This document shows, one piece after another, positions 50,283-58,352 of a DNA stretch of 64,000 nucleotides; position 1 is the first letter of the stretch, and every line of letters begins with the position of its first letter. Source of the stretch: a virus. The notes below the pieces were generated by a model that was not told where the DNA came from, did not search any database, and worked only from the letters and a program-made list of their open reading frames with translations. Made by a program: the position numbers and the translations under genes. The stretch covers positions 1-64,000 of the IMG/VR virus record IMGVR_UViG_3300027969_000044. The stretch is one strand, 5' to 3'.

Positions 50283-50693
50283 ATGCCAGCATTAGCCAAA
50301 TCATTCTTATTTCCAAATCTTACTAACCCTGTTAGTACCAGCACCAGCATTAACTATCCTGGTGCTACTACCACTAGTACTTTTACTCGTGTAAGCGATA
50401 AGCAACCAGGTAACGGATACTATGGTGCTAGCAACGGTGTACATACCATAGCATATACTGTACAGCATAACTTTATTGGTACATGTACCGCTCAAGCAAC
50501 ACTGGCTACTGACCCTATTGATATAAACTCAACAAATACCGACTGGTTTGACGTTGTAGATTCACAAATAGAGTACAATTTGCCTGGATATACCACTACA
50601 AACTACGTAAATTTCTCAGGAAACTTTGTGTGGGTACGTGCTAAAGTAGATATCGACCTAGGCGGTATCCAGTTTATCAACTATAACCACTAA
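50283..50693 (+). CDS. Putative virion structural protein
   Basis: Thr-rich beta protein (NF.GNFVWVRA); TAAATA at 50271-50276. Confidence 0.65.
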   Translation: MPALAKSFLFPNLTNPVSTSTSINYPGATTTSTFTRVSDKQPGNGYYGASNGVHTIAYTVQHNFIGTCTAQATLATDPIDINSTNTDWFDVVDSQIEYNLPGYTTTNYVNFSGNFVWVRAKVDIDLGGIQFINYNH

Positions 50694-50764
50694 GCCATTT
50701 TTGTCATAAATACTCTATTATTACAGAGTTAGACTCTGTTCATGACATTAAGGTACGGTTATAT

Positions 50765-51154
50765 ATGAAACTTCTCGAATTCTTCGGAAAACCTATAGAA
50801 ATACACCAGGATAAAAACGATTCCCGTAAACCGGGAGAAGATCCTAAGTTAAATCGCGAAGAAGAAGATCAGCTTGCTAACGATATATTAGAGTATATCC
50901 TTAACAACGACGAGCTACACAAAAAGCAGTTTTTACCCGTAGCAAGAAAACTCCACAAAAACCCAACAACACATCACAAGCCTGATGTATGGCTACCTTT
51001 AGTAAACAAAGGATGTATGGAGTTTTACAAAGAACGAGATATGAGTGGCGATCCAATGGATCTATTCAATAAAGAATTTAGGTCTGACTTATGTAAGAAA
51101 TTTTCAGACCATAACAAACACATCCTCATGGGTGAATACAATCTCGGAAGATAA
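50765..51154 (+). CDS. Hypothetical protein with MKLLEF leader (candidate internal head protein)
   Basis: 129 aa; TAAATA at 50707-50712. Confidence 0.75.
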   Translation: MKLLEFFGKPIEIHQDKNDSRKPGEDPKLNREEEDQLANDILEYILNNDELHKKQFLPVARKLHKNPTTHHKPDVWLPLVNKGCMEFYKERDMSGDPMDLFNKEFRSDLCKKFSDHNKHILMGEYNLGR

Positions 51155-51157
51155 CCC

Positions 51158-54100
51158 ATGCTATTAAATGAATTTTTTAAAAGATCATTAACCGAGGGCG
51201 GAAATCTTGCCATTGGTCAAGATCAAGCGCAAAGCATTGATTTAAAAGTACACAACAGAGCTTTTATAGTTCCTATACTTACAAAACTATTATACGGAAT
51301 TAACGATGGGTTTGCCGCAGTTAATCAAAAGCCATTGTGGAATCCCGCCCTATTACAAAAGGGAGAATTCCTAAGCGGCTCTAGTTTACATTTCTTCAAC
51401 ACAAAGATTCCCGACGAGCAATTTGAAAAAGTTAAACCTAAAGTAGGCGACATTGACACACAAGTTGATAAGTTAATGGAGAAAGAACTAGAAGGATGGT
51501 TAAACTCTGTTAAGGGTAAACTTATTGGCGGAGGTAAGTTAATTGGCTTTGAGAGAGGCAACGAGCAATACAGTAGTCTATGGGAATTACAAGACCCTCC
51601 TATTAAAATACAAATTGACTTAGAGTTTGTTGCGTTTGACAAAGAAGAACCAACAGCATGGAGTAAATTTAGTCACTCAAGTGATTGGGAAGATATACAA
51701 GCAGGTGTCAAAGGTGTATTCCACAAATGGTTGATACAGTCATTTACAGATCTAACTACTCGTGATTTCTTATTGCGTAAACTAGTAGGTCGCGGCAAAG
51801 CCCGTGTTGAGCAAGATGTACCTGCCAATGACAACTTATTATCCTTTGCTGTTAGCAGTAAAGAAGGTGGCGGACTACGTCCTAAGTACGAGCCAGTGAC
51901 AGACGAAGCTGGACAGCCGTTAATTGTAGACGGGCTACCTGTTATGCGAGCATTGCCTCCTGCGGGATACGAACAAGACATTGGTAAGATATTTGCTCTA
52001 ATCTTTGGAGACAGAATTGATCCTAAGAAAGCAAAACAACTAAGCACTAAGTTTTGGTCATTTACTGGCTTGCTAGATGTAATGACACAGGTGTTAAGTC
52101 CTGAAGAACAACAACAAGTTGTACAGGCATTTATACATAAACTGTATGACAAGGGCGCACAAGGTCTTTATAAAAATGATCCAGAACGTGATGCCGAAGA
52201 AAAAGATGCCGCTATGGCCAAGATGCTTGAAGTATTAAAAATAGCGCCTCCTCCAGAACTAGCACAGATGAAGCAGTCATATCAAGCAAATTACAGAATG
52301 ACTACAAATGAAAGCCTGCGTGAAGCTGAAGAACCAGCACCAGTTAAGGCACAGCTACGCAAAGGTATGCCACACTTACACGATCTAAAGGCTCCTGATT
52401 TTTTAGACCTATTAGATGAGATTCACGACGGCAACGGTAACTTCAAGTTACAAAACGTTCCATTAAATGTCAAAGTAGACGGCTTTGGTGGACGATTTGG
52501 TAAAGATGCTAACGGTAAACCATTCATGGGTACTAGCCGAACAGAGCCACGTTACGAAGCCAGCTTTGTCAAGTATCATCAACAAAAGGGCACAACAGAT
52601 CCAGAGATCTTAGGTCGTGCTCAAATGTTTGACGACTTGTTTAAAGAAATGATGAACGCTATTAAACTAGTCGATGGCAAACTAGGCCCAGACTTTTTAA
52701 TCAACAAACAAGTAACTTGTGAAGTATTGTTCTTACCATTTGCTACACAAACTGACGAAGGTCGTTTAAAGTTTGTGGGCATTGAATACGATCAACTACC
52801 ACAAGGTGTACAACTGGCACTAGTTCCATTTCATGCTGTAGAAGCAGATAGTGGAGAGCCTGTTGAAGATCCAGAATTTATTGATAGCTTACTTGAAGTA
52901 GGTAATCAAGGTAGTGTTATGTTTATTAACAATAGACTAGCACAGAAAGAAGGACTTGACGTTACAGAAATTATCAATGTATTAGATAACATTGAAGAAC
53001 TAAAACAAATTGTATCTGATACAGCAGGCAAGCGTGACCGCGCTAGTCTACAGTTAAAGAAAGAAGTAGAAGAAAAACTACAACCTATTAAAGATCAATT
53101 AGAGCAAGCAATTATTAAAGATCCTAACATTATTGGAAAAGATATGTTAGGTAAAGACTATGAAGGCATTGTTATTAACAGTCGTCTCGGTCCTATCAAA
53201 ATTACCAGTCAAGAACAGCGTGATGTTATCAGTGCCAAGTTAGATGCTAAGAAAAATGCTCGCACAGAACGTCCCCGTGATAATCAAAACAAGACAGCAG
53301 TAGTTGCCATTGGTAGCTTTGTTGGACACAAGGGTCATCAAGAACTTTGGCAGTATACACAACAAGAAGCCCAAACACTGGGCGGCGATCCGTATTTGTT
53401 CATCGGTAATGCCGAAGGCAAAGACGATCCTATTCCTGTTCCCGACAAACTTAAAACATGGCACATGTTGTATCCGCAGTTTGCCAAAAACATCAGCGCG
53501 GTTACGCACGAAGGTGGAAGCATTATGCAGAAGATTAAACACGAGTTGATTAATCCTTTACCAGGCAAGCCTCCACGTTACGACAATATTGTTATTATGG
53601 TTGGCGAAGATCGTAAAGACTTACCGTTAGGTAAAGCTCTAATGAAAGCTGTTAATAAGTTTCCAGGATACGAGCACGTTAAAGTAGACTTAAAAGTTAC
53701 TCCACGTGGTCAAGGAGTAAGCGGCACTGCTCTTAGAAATATTCTAAAGACAGGCAACCCTAACCAACAATACACATTCTGGAATGACACATTTAACGGT
53801 GGCAAGTTTGGATCACAACAATTAACTCCAGAATGGATTAAACACCTAATGGATGTAACCAAGAAAGGTATGGGCATTACTACCCCTTCAGTTACAGCAC
53901 CAATTAAGAAACAGGAACAACCAACTATGGCTAAACCTCAACAACCAGTACAGCAACAGCAACCAGAGCAAGAGCCGTTAGCTGAAAGTATCCGTAGAGA
54001 AATTATGATTACTCGAGCAGAGATTGCTTGGCAGAAAGAATTGTCGGAAGCAAGGATGAGTGCTGCCGTTAAACTTCAACGAGCCTTTGATAGAGAGCGT

Positions 54101-55633
54101 TCTAAGAGTGACGCTAGTCGTCAACGTGCTGACGCGGCCAAGGCAGCGTTTGAGAAAGAGTGGAAAGCTAAACAAGAAAAAGAAAAGCAAGGTGTGGCAG
54201 AAGATTTAGAAACAGGACATGTGCAAATGCTTTTACATAAAGCATTACAGGCACGCAGAGAAGGCAAACCATTGCAAAGTGTAATGCGTAAAGAAGAAAT
54301 TGCATTATTATCTATGTTGCAAGGAAGTGGAAAACTACAAGGTATGGTTAAAAATAAAAGTGTAGGCGAGGCGCCAATTGAAATGGATCCTGCAGAACCA
54401 ATGAATCCTACAATCTACGGACATCAAGGAGTTAACTCTGCCGAATTAAAAACTCGCATGATGCGAGCTCAAGGACAATTAGCAGACCTGGCAAAGAGAG
54501 CACAAAACGCTAGCCCAATTGAATGGGAAATAATTACACGTAATTTTAAAGAGTTGTCAATGAACATTGAACAGATTCGTCACGCACTAGAAGAACTAGC
54601 TAAAGTTCGCAAGCGTGGTGGGATTCGATCTAGAGGCATTGATAAAAATATTGGTGAGCAAGGTGTGGCGGAAGGCTTATTAGACCCTTCTAAAAGAACT
54701 CAGCTTATTCGTTTCCTAGCAAAGAAAATGGATTGGGAAGTTAACTATCTCGAACTTGCTACTGATCATGAACTTATCAAATGGTACAAAAAAGTACAAG
54801 CCGGTCAAGATCCAATGAAGGAAGATTCGGTAAATGAATTAGTTGGTTATAAAAGCGATAAAAATTATCTAGCGGTAGGTACCCATAAACGATACGATGT
54901 ATATGTGGGTAAAAAGAAGTTTAATAATTTATACTTTATTGCAATTGCAGAAAATCCAAGAACATTAGATGCTAAATTTAAAGCCAAGGGCAATACTCCA
55001 CAAGAGGCAGTAAATAATTTAAAATTAGAAATTGATAAAGAAATTGATGTTGCTACCAAAGTTAGTGGTGCGGCTATATTAGATTTTAATGTAGATTTTG
55101 TAAAAGAAATATTAGAAATGAGTATTGATACGTTTTACGCTAAAATTATTTCAGGTCCTAAATTAGTAATAGCAGGTAGAGAAATGATGGAATACCCTGA
55201 TATTATGAAAAGTGAAGGGTTTAAACCTAGTACCATTAGAACTTACAAAGGCGGAGAAGGTACTACTAAACTACCCGGAGTACCATTAAGCGCCGGAGCG
55301 GCTGCGGCTGCAAGTCTTATTGCCAACGGTAGATATGTATTAGGCGCAGAAACTACAGATAAAGACGGTAACAGAGTATTCAATTTAGAATTTGATAGCG
55401 TTGTTCAAGCATCAAACGATAAAATGAGATTAAGAGCACCTGCGGTTACTGTAGGAACTAATAGATCACAAGGTGTTGCGGAGGCCGGTAAGATTAAGGG
55501 CGCTGACGGTAAAGCCTGTTGGAAAGGTTATAAGTACGCAGGTACTAAGAACGGTAAAGACAAGTGTGTTCCAGTTAGCGAAGATGCGGAACAACTAATG
55601 GCAGGTTTTATTAAGTTGTTGGAATCAAAGTAA
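51158..55633 (+). CDS. 1491-aa modular protein: Pol-beta-type NTase, ligase-type (KxDG) NTase, HIGH-type NTase and C-terminal cassettes
   Basis: LSGSS..VGDIDTQV..IQIDL; NVKVDG..YEGIVI..IKI; IGSFVGHKGH..VGEDR..SGTALR; QGVAE linkers three times. Confidence 0.75.
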   Translation: MLLNEFFKRSLTEGGNLAIGQDQAQSIDLKVHNRAFIVPILTKLLYGINDGFAAVNQKPLWNPALLQKGEFLSGSSLHFFNTKIPDEQFEKVKPKVGDIDTQVDKLMEKELEGWLNSVKGKLIGGGKLIGFERGNEQYSSLWELQDPPIKIQIDLEFVAFDKEEPTAWSKFSHSSDWEDIQAGVKGVFHKWLIQSFTDLTTRDFLLRKLVGRGKARVEQDVPANDNLLSFAVSSKEGGGLRPKYEPVTDEAGQPLIVDGLPVMRALPPAGYEQDIGKIFALIFGDRIDPKKAKQLSTKFWSFTGLLDVMTQVLSPEEQQQVVQAFIHKLYDKGAQGLYKNDPERDAEEKDAAMAKMLEVLKIAPPPELAQMKQSYQANYRMTTNESLREAEEPAPVKAQLRKGMPHLHDLKAPDFLDLLDEIHDGNGNFKLQNVPLNVKVDGFGGRFGKDANGKPFMGTSRTEPRYEASFVKYHQQKGTTDPEILGRAQMFDDLFKEMMNAIKLVDGKLGPDFLINKQVTCEVLFLPFATQTDEGRLKFVGIEYDQLPQGVQLALVPFHAVEADSGEPVEDPEFIDSLLEVGNQGSVMFINNRLAQKEGLDVTEIINVLDNIEELKQIVSDTAGKRDRASLQLKKEVEEKLQPIKDQLEQAIIKDPNIIGKDMLGKDYEGIVINSRLGPIKITSQEQRDVISAKLDAKKNARTERPRDNQNKTAVVAIGSFVGHKGHQELWQYTQQEAQTLGGDPYLFIGNAEGKDDPIPVPDKLKTWHMLYPQFAKNISAVTHEGGSIMQKIKHELINPLPGKPPRYDNIVIMVGEDRKDLPLGKALMKAVNKFPGYEHVKVDLKVTPRGQGVSGTALRNILKTGNPNQQYTFWNDTFNGGKFGSQQLTPEWIKHLMDVTKKGMGITTPSVTAPIKKQEQPTMAKPQQPVQQQQPEQEPLAESIRREIMITRAEIAWQKELSEARMSAAVKLQRAFDRERSKSDASRQRADAAKAAFEKEWKAKQEKEKQGVAEDLETGHVQMLLHKALQARREGKPLQSVMRKEEIALLSMLQGSGKLQGMVKNKSVGEAPIEMDPAEPMNPTIYGHQGVNSAELKTRMMRAQGQLADLAKRAQNASPIEWEIITRNFKELSMNIEQIRHALEELAKVRKRGGIRSRGIDKNIGEQGVAEGLLDPSKRTQLIRFLAKKMDWEVNYLELATDHELIKWYKKVQAGQDPMKEDSVNELVGYKSDKNYLAVGTHKRYDVYVGKKKFNNLYFIAIAENPRTLDAKFKAKGNTPQEAVNNLKLEIDKEIDVATKVSGAAILDFNVDFVKEILEMSIDTFYAKIISGPKLVIAGREMMEYPDIMKSEGFKPSTIRTYKGGEGTTKLPGVPLSAGAAAAASLIANGRYVLGAETTDKDGNRVFNLEFDSVVQASNDKMRLRAPAVTVGTNRSQGVAEAGKIKGADGKACWKGYKYAGTKNGKDKCVPVSEDAEQLMAGFIKLLESK

Positions 55634-56040
55634 TGCTATTAACACAGCTATTTGAATCAGCAACTAATGACGCAACCCTAATGGATATGTTGCCTACGTT
55701 CTTACCTTTAGCTTTAGAAATTTTAGAATTACGCAACGTGCCTAATATTAAATTAGAAAAGTTTATTGACGACGAAGTACAACCTACATTTGGTAAATTT
55801 GTCAGTGATGAGAACATAATTTACTTAGGAATTGCCAACAGACACCCTGTAGATATTTTACGTACACTGGCACACGAAATGGTACATTATAAACAAAACA
55901 TAGAGCACGATCTAGATAGCGAATCAGGTCGCACAGGAAGTCCTCAAGAAAATCAAGCACATGAAATTGCCGGAGTTATTATGCGAGAGTTTAATAAAGC
56001 AAATCCAGAATTCCTAAAAGCTAGGCCATTAGAGTTTTAA
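55633..56040 (+). CDS. Zincin-like metallopeptidase (HEXXH)
   Basis: LRTLAHEMVHYKQ with downstream E (QENQA); leader MLLTQLFE. Confidence 0.75.
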   Translation: MLLTQLFESATNDATLMDMLPTFLPLALEILELRNVPNIKLEKFIDDEVQPTFGKFVSDENIIYLGIANRHPVDILRTLAHEMVHYKQNIEHDLDSESGRTGSPQENQAHEIAGVIMREFNKANPEFLKARPLEF

Positions 56041-56051
56041 TAAATACCCAT

Positions 56052-56435
56052 ATGAGAGCAAACGAATTTATTTCTGAAAATCGCAAAGCAGGCAAAGTAA
56101 AGAAACGTGCCGCGGCTGTACAGCAAGGCATTAGAAAGTCTCGCGATGTTGGCGGATATGATCGTGTAAATCACATGAATCGTTTGTGGATGGCAACTGC
56201 TATGGCAGACGGCCAAAGTAAAAAAGGTGTAGATATGGATAGTTACAGTTGGATGGAAAAATACAACACACAACATCCATATACACAAGAAGAATACAAT
56301 ATGTTCAGGCAAGCAGAAAATACTGTCCCAACGGATAGTAAAGAAGTTACACCATGGACAAAGAGTGTAGAGCCAGAAGATACTTATAAAGTAAGTCCGT
56401 CCTCTACATGGAATGTTAAGAAGAAAAAGAAATGA
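56052..56435 (+). CDS. Hypothetical protein with MRANEF leader
   Basis: 127 aa; TAAATA at 56041-56046. Confidence 0.75.
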   Translation: MRANEFISENRKAGKVKKRAAAVQQGIRKSRDVGGYDRVNHMNRLWMATAMADGQSKKGVDMDSYSWMEKYNTQHPYTQEEYNMFRQAENTVPTDSKEVTPWTKSVEPEDTYKVSPSSTWNVKKKKK

Positions 56436-56608
56436 AGATTAGAGAATTATTAGAAGCGGCAAGTAGCGGAGCAACTGGCTCCGGTTCTATTGCGACCGTA
56501 ACTAATCCTGGTGGGAAACCAGCTAGTCAAGTAGGATCTCTGTTTGGTGGTACTTACGGAGAATCTAAAAAAACTAAACCTAAAAAATTTATTAAGAGAC
56601 CGCAATGA
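56432..56608 (+). CDS. Small protein with MKIRELLE leader (58 aa)
   Basis: Manual translation MKIRELLEAASSGATGSGSIATV...KKFIKRPQ; ATGA overlaps at both ends. Confidence 0.75.
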   Translation: MKIRELLEAASSGATGSGSIATVTNPGGKPASQVGSLFGGTYGESKKTKPKKFIKRPQ

Positions 56609-57645
56609 CTAAAAAAATAAAAGAAATTAGTACAGGTGACTATTACTCTAAAGCACACAAGGGGAAAATTTCTGCAGCATCTAAAATGATGTTTGCTGAT
56701 CCTGCTAAGCCAGAAGTACAAAAAGCAATGCGTGACTTTAAGAATAGAGACGCAGGAATGAAACGTGTTTCAGCAAGAAATCAAAAAGCCAGACAGACAA
56801 CTGCTGATAAGAACCGTCAGGGTGCCCTTGCAGCCGATAAAGAAAATCTTCCAGCGTTAATGGCACAGTTTCAAAAGCTAAGAGGTCAGTATGATCCTAA
56901 TTTTGAATACAGTGACGATCACAGTTTTTGGTCAAAGCAAAAAGATATCCAGCAACAATTAAGTGCGTTACAAAAACGTATTAACGATGCTGGTGGAAAA
57001 GTATCAGAGGGAACTAATCCCGAGTATGACGACGAAGCAGGTATGTCTGATAATAATCTAGAAACACTGAGAAGAACAATCGACGGCATAGATGGTTTGA
57101 TTAAGCCCGGTGATAATTTACCAGAATGGTGTCAGGAAAAAATTGCTGTTGCCAAATCTATGTTAGTAGCAGTATGGGACTACATGCAGTCCGAACAGGA
57201 AAGAGGCGCAATGGAAGGTGTTGGCGATTTAGGATATGACGCACAATCTTTAATAATGAAACTGCGACGAGATGTTGAAGAAAAAAGATTACAACCAACT
57301 CCGCAAGCAGTATTAGCGGCCGCATCAGAATTAGCAGGAGATATGAAATTTGCTCCTCAACTACTAGTTCAACAAGTCTTGGGCAAGGGTGTAGCAGAAG
57401 GCGGTGTTAAAGAATGGAAAAAGGGAGTCAAGGCTCCGGTTAAACCACGTAACTTTGTAGCCAAAAATGCGTCAACTGGCGGTGCTGGCGCACATAAAGA
57501 TAAAAAGAAAGATGCTAAACAAGGAAAAGCCAAGCATAAAAAAACTCCAGAGTTAGCCGAAACAGCAACATATGATCGTAGATTAAATGTATTATTAGAA
57601 GCGAAAATGCTAACTAGCCAAATTAGAGATTATAGAAAGAAATAA
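56605..57645 (+). CDS. Modular hypothetical protein (candidate processed head protein)
   Basis: Segments bounded by KIKE, KVSE, GAME, KGVAE and ELAE; basic C-terminal module. Confidence 0.75.
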   Translation: MTKKIKEISTGDYYSKAHKGKISAASKMMFADPAKPEVQKAMRDFKNRDAGMKRVSARNQKARQTTADKNRQGALAADKENLPALMAQFQKLRGQYDPNFEYSDDHSFWSKQKDIQQQLSALQKRINDAGGKVSEGTNPEYDDEAGMSDNNLETLRRTIDGIDGLIKPGDNLPEWCQEKIAVAKSMLVAVWDYMQSEQERGAMEGVGDLGYDAQSLIMKLRRDVEEKRLQPTPQAVLAAASELAGDMKFAPQLLVQQVLGKGVAEGGVKEWKKGVKAPVKPRNFVAKNASTGGAGAHKDKKKDAKQGKAKHKKTPELAETATYDRRLNVLLEAKMLTSQIRDYRKK

Positions 57646-57657
57646 ATCATAAAAGAC

Positions 57658-57707
57658 TTGACTTCTCCTGTGTACATCTATATACTATAGAACACAGGAG
57701 ATTTTTT
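57658..57707 (+). promoter_or_regulatory. sigma70 promoter inside a terminator/RBS-sequestering hairpin
   Basis: TTGACT (57658-57663), 17 bp, TATACT (57681-57686); TCTCCTGTGT (57664-57673) / ACACAGGAGA (57692-57701) followed by TTTTTT. Confidence 0.85.
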
Positions 57708-57977
57708 ATGAGCAAAGCATTTGGCGCCCCAGAACAAGCAAAGATTAAACAGATTGTTTCAGAGGGCATGACAGTTATGCAAGAAATTCAAGACCTAACA
57801 GAAGGCTTGAACGAAACAATTAAAGCTGTCGCAGAAGAACTAGAAGTTAAACCTAGCGTGATCAAAAAAGCGATTAAAATTGCGCTTAAAGATCAATGGG
57901 ATCAAGTATTCCGCGAGTTTGACGATTTGGAAACTATTGTTGATATTAGTGGTCATAGCTTCCGCAAGGAAGATTAA
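57708..57977 (+). CDS. Putative dsDNA-binding protein (T4 DsbA/GapR-like)
   Basis: 89-aa helical protein with I..L...L...IK...EEL......IKKAIK pattern; upstream of replication genes. Confidence 0.55.
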   Translation: MSKAFGAPEQAKIKQIVSEGMTVMQEIQDLTEGLNETIKAVAEELEVKPSVIKKAIKIALKDQWDQVFREFDDLETIVDISGHSFRKED

Positions 57978-58273
57978 TGTTAGGAACAATCTTTGAACCA
58001 ACTATACAGTGGATAAAAGATGATTGGAGTTCTAATAAGCCTCGCTTTATTATTGAGCTCCTTGCTTGGGCTGTGTCTATTGGCTGTAGTATCACAATGG
58101 CAGTCACAGTCCCTAATCCTCCTCTTCTCGTATTATATCCTATCTGGATTAGTGGCTGTGCTATGTATGCTTGGGCTTCATGGACTAGGAAGAGCTTCGG
58201 TATGCTGGCTAATTACATCTTGCTAACAACCATTGACACAATCGGACTCATGAGAATGTTGTTCTGGCAATAA
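57977..58273 (+). CDS. Three-TM membrane protein
   Basis: Three hydrophobic helices. Confidence 0.7.
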   Translation: MLGTIFEPTIQWIKDDWSSNKPRFIIELLAWAVSIGCSITMAVTVPNPPLLVLYPIWISGCAMYAWASWTRKSFGMLANYILLTTIDTIGLMRMLFWQ

Positions 58274-58288
58274 TAAATAATATTGAGA

Positions 58289-58347
58289 AAGGTTCAGTCA
58301 GCCACAAATGACTAAGATAGAAGGTTGCCGGCCATAAGCGGTAGGAG
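58289..58347 (+). promoter_or_regulatory. Tandem hairpin leader, candidate translational operator of the DNA polymerase
   Basis: AGTCA-GCCACAAA-TGACT and TGCCG-GCCATAAG-CGGTA, each preceded by AAGGT(T); the second abuts SD AGGAG. Confidence 0.65.
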
Positions 58348-58352
58348 AGATT

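Larger units (their letters stand above)
54188..57402 (+). repeat. Dispersed in-frame (Q/K)GVAE linker repeats
   Basis: CAAGGTGTGGCAGAA at 54188, CAAGGTGTGGCGGAA at 54659, CAAGGTGTTGCGGAG at 55469, AAGGGTGTAGCAGAA at 57385. Confidence 0.85.

Noticed and set aside
50723-50739. Hairpin ACAGAGT-TAG-ACTCTGT in the leader of the head-protein cluster
   Set aside because: A single 7-bp stem without a U-tract or SD overlap; no function can be supported
54188-57402. QGVAE repeats as a CRISPR array
   Set aside because: Repeats are only ~15-18 bp, degenerate, in frame and irregularly spaced by 470-1900 bp; no cas genes
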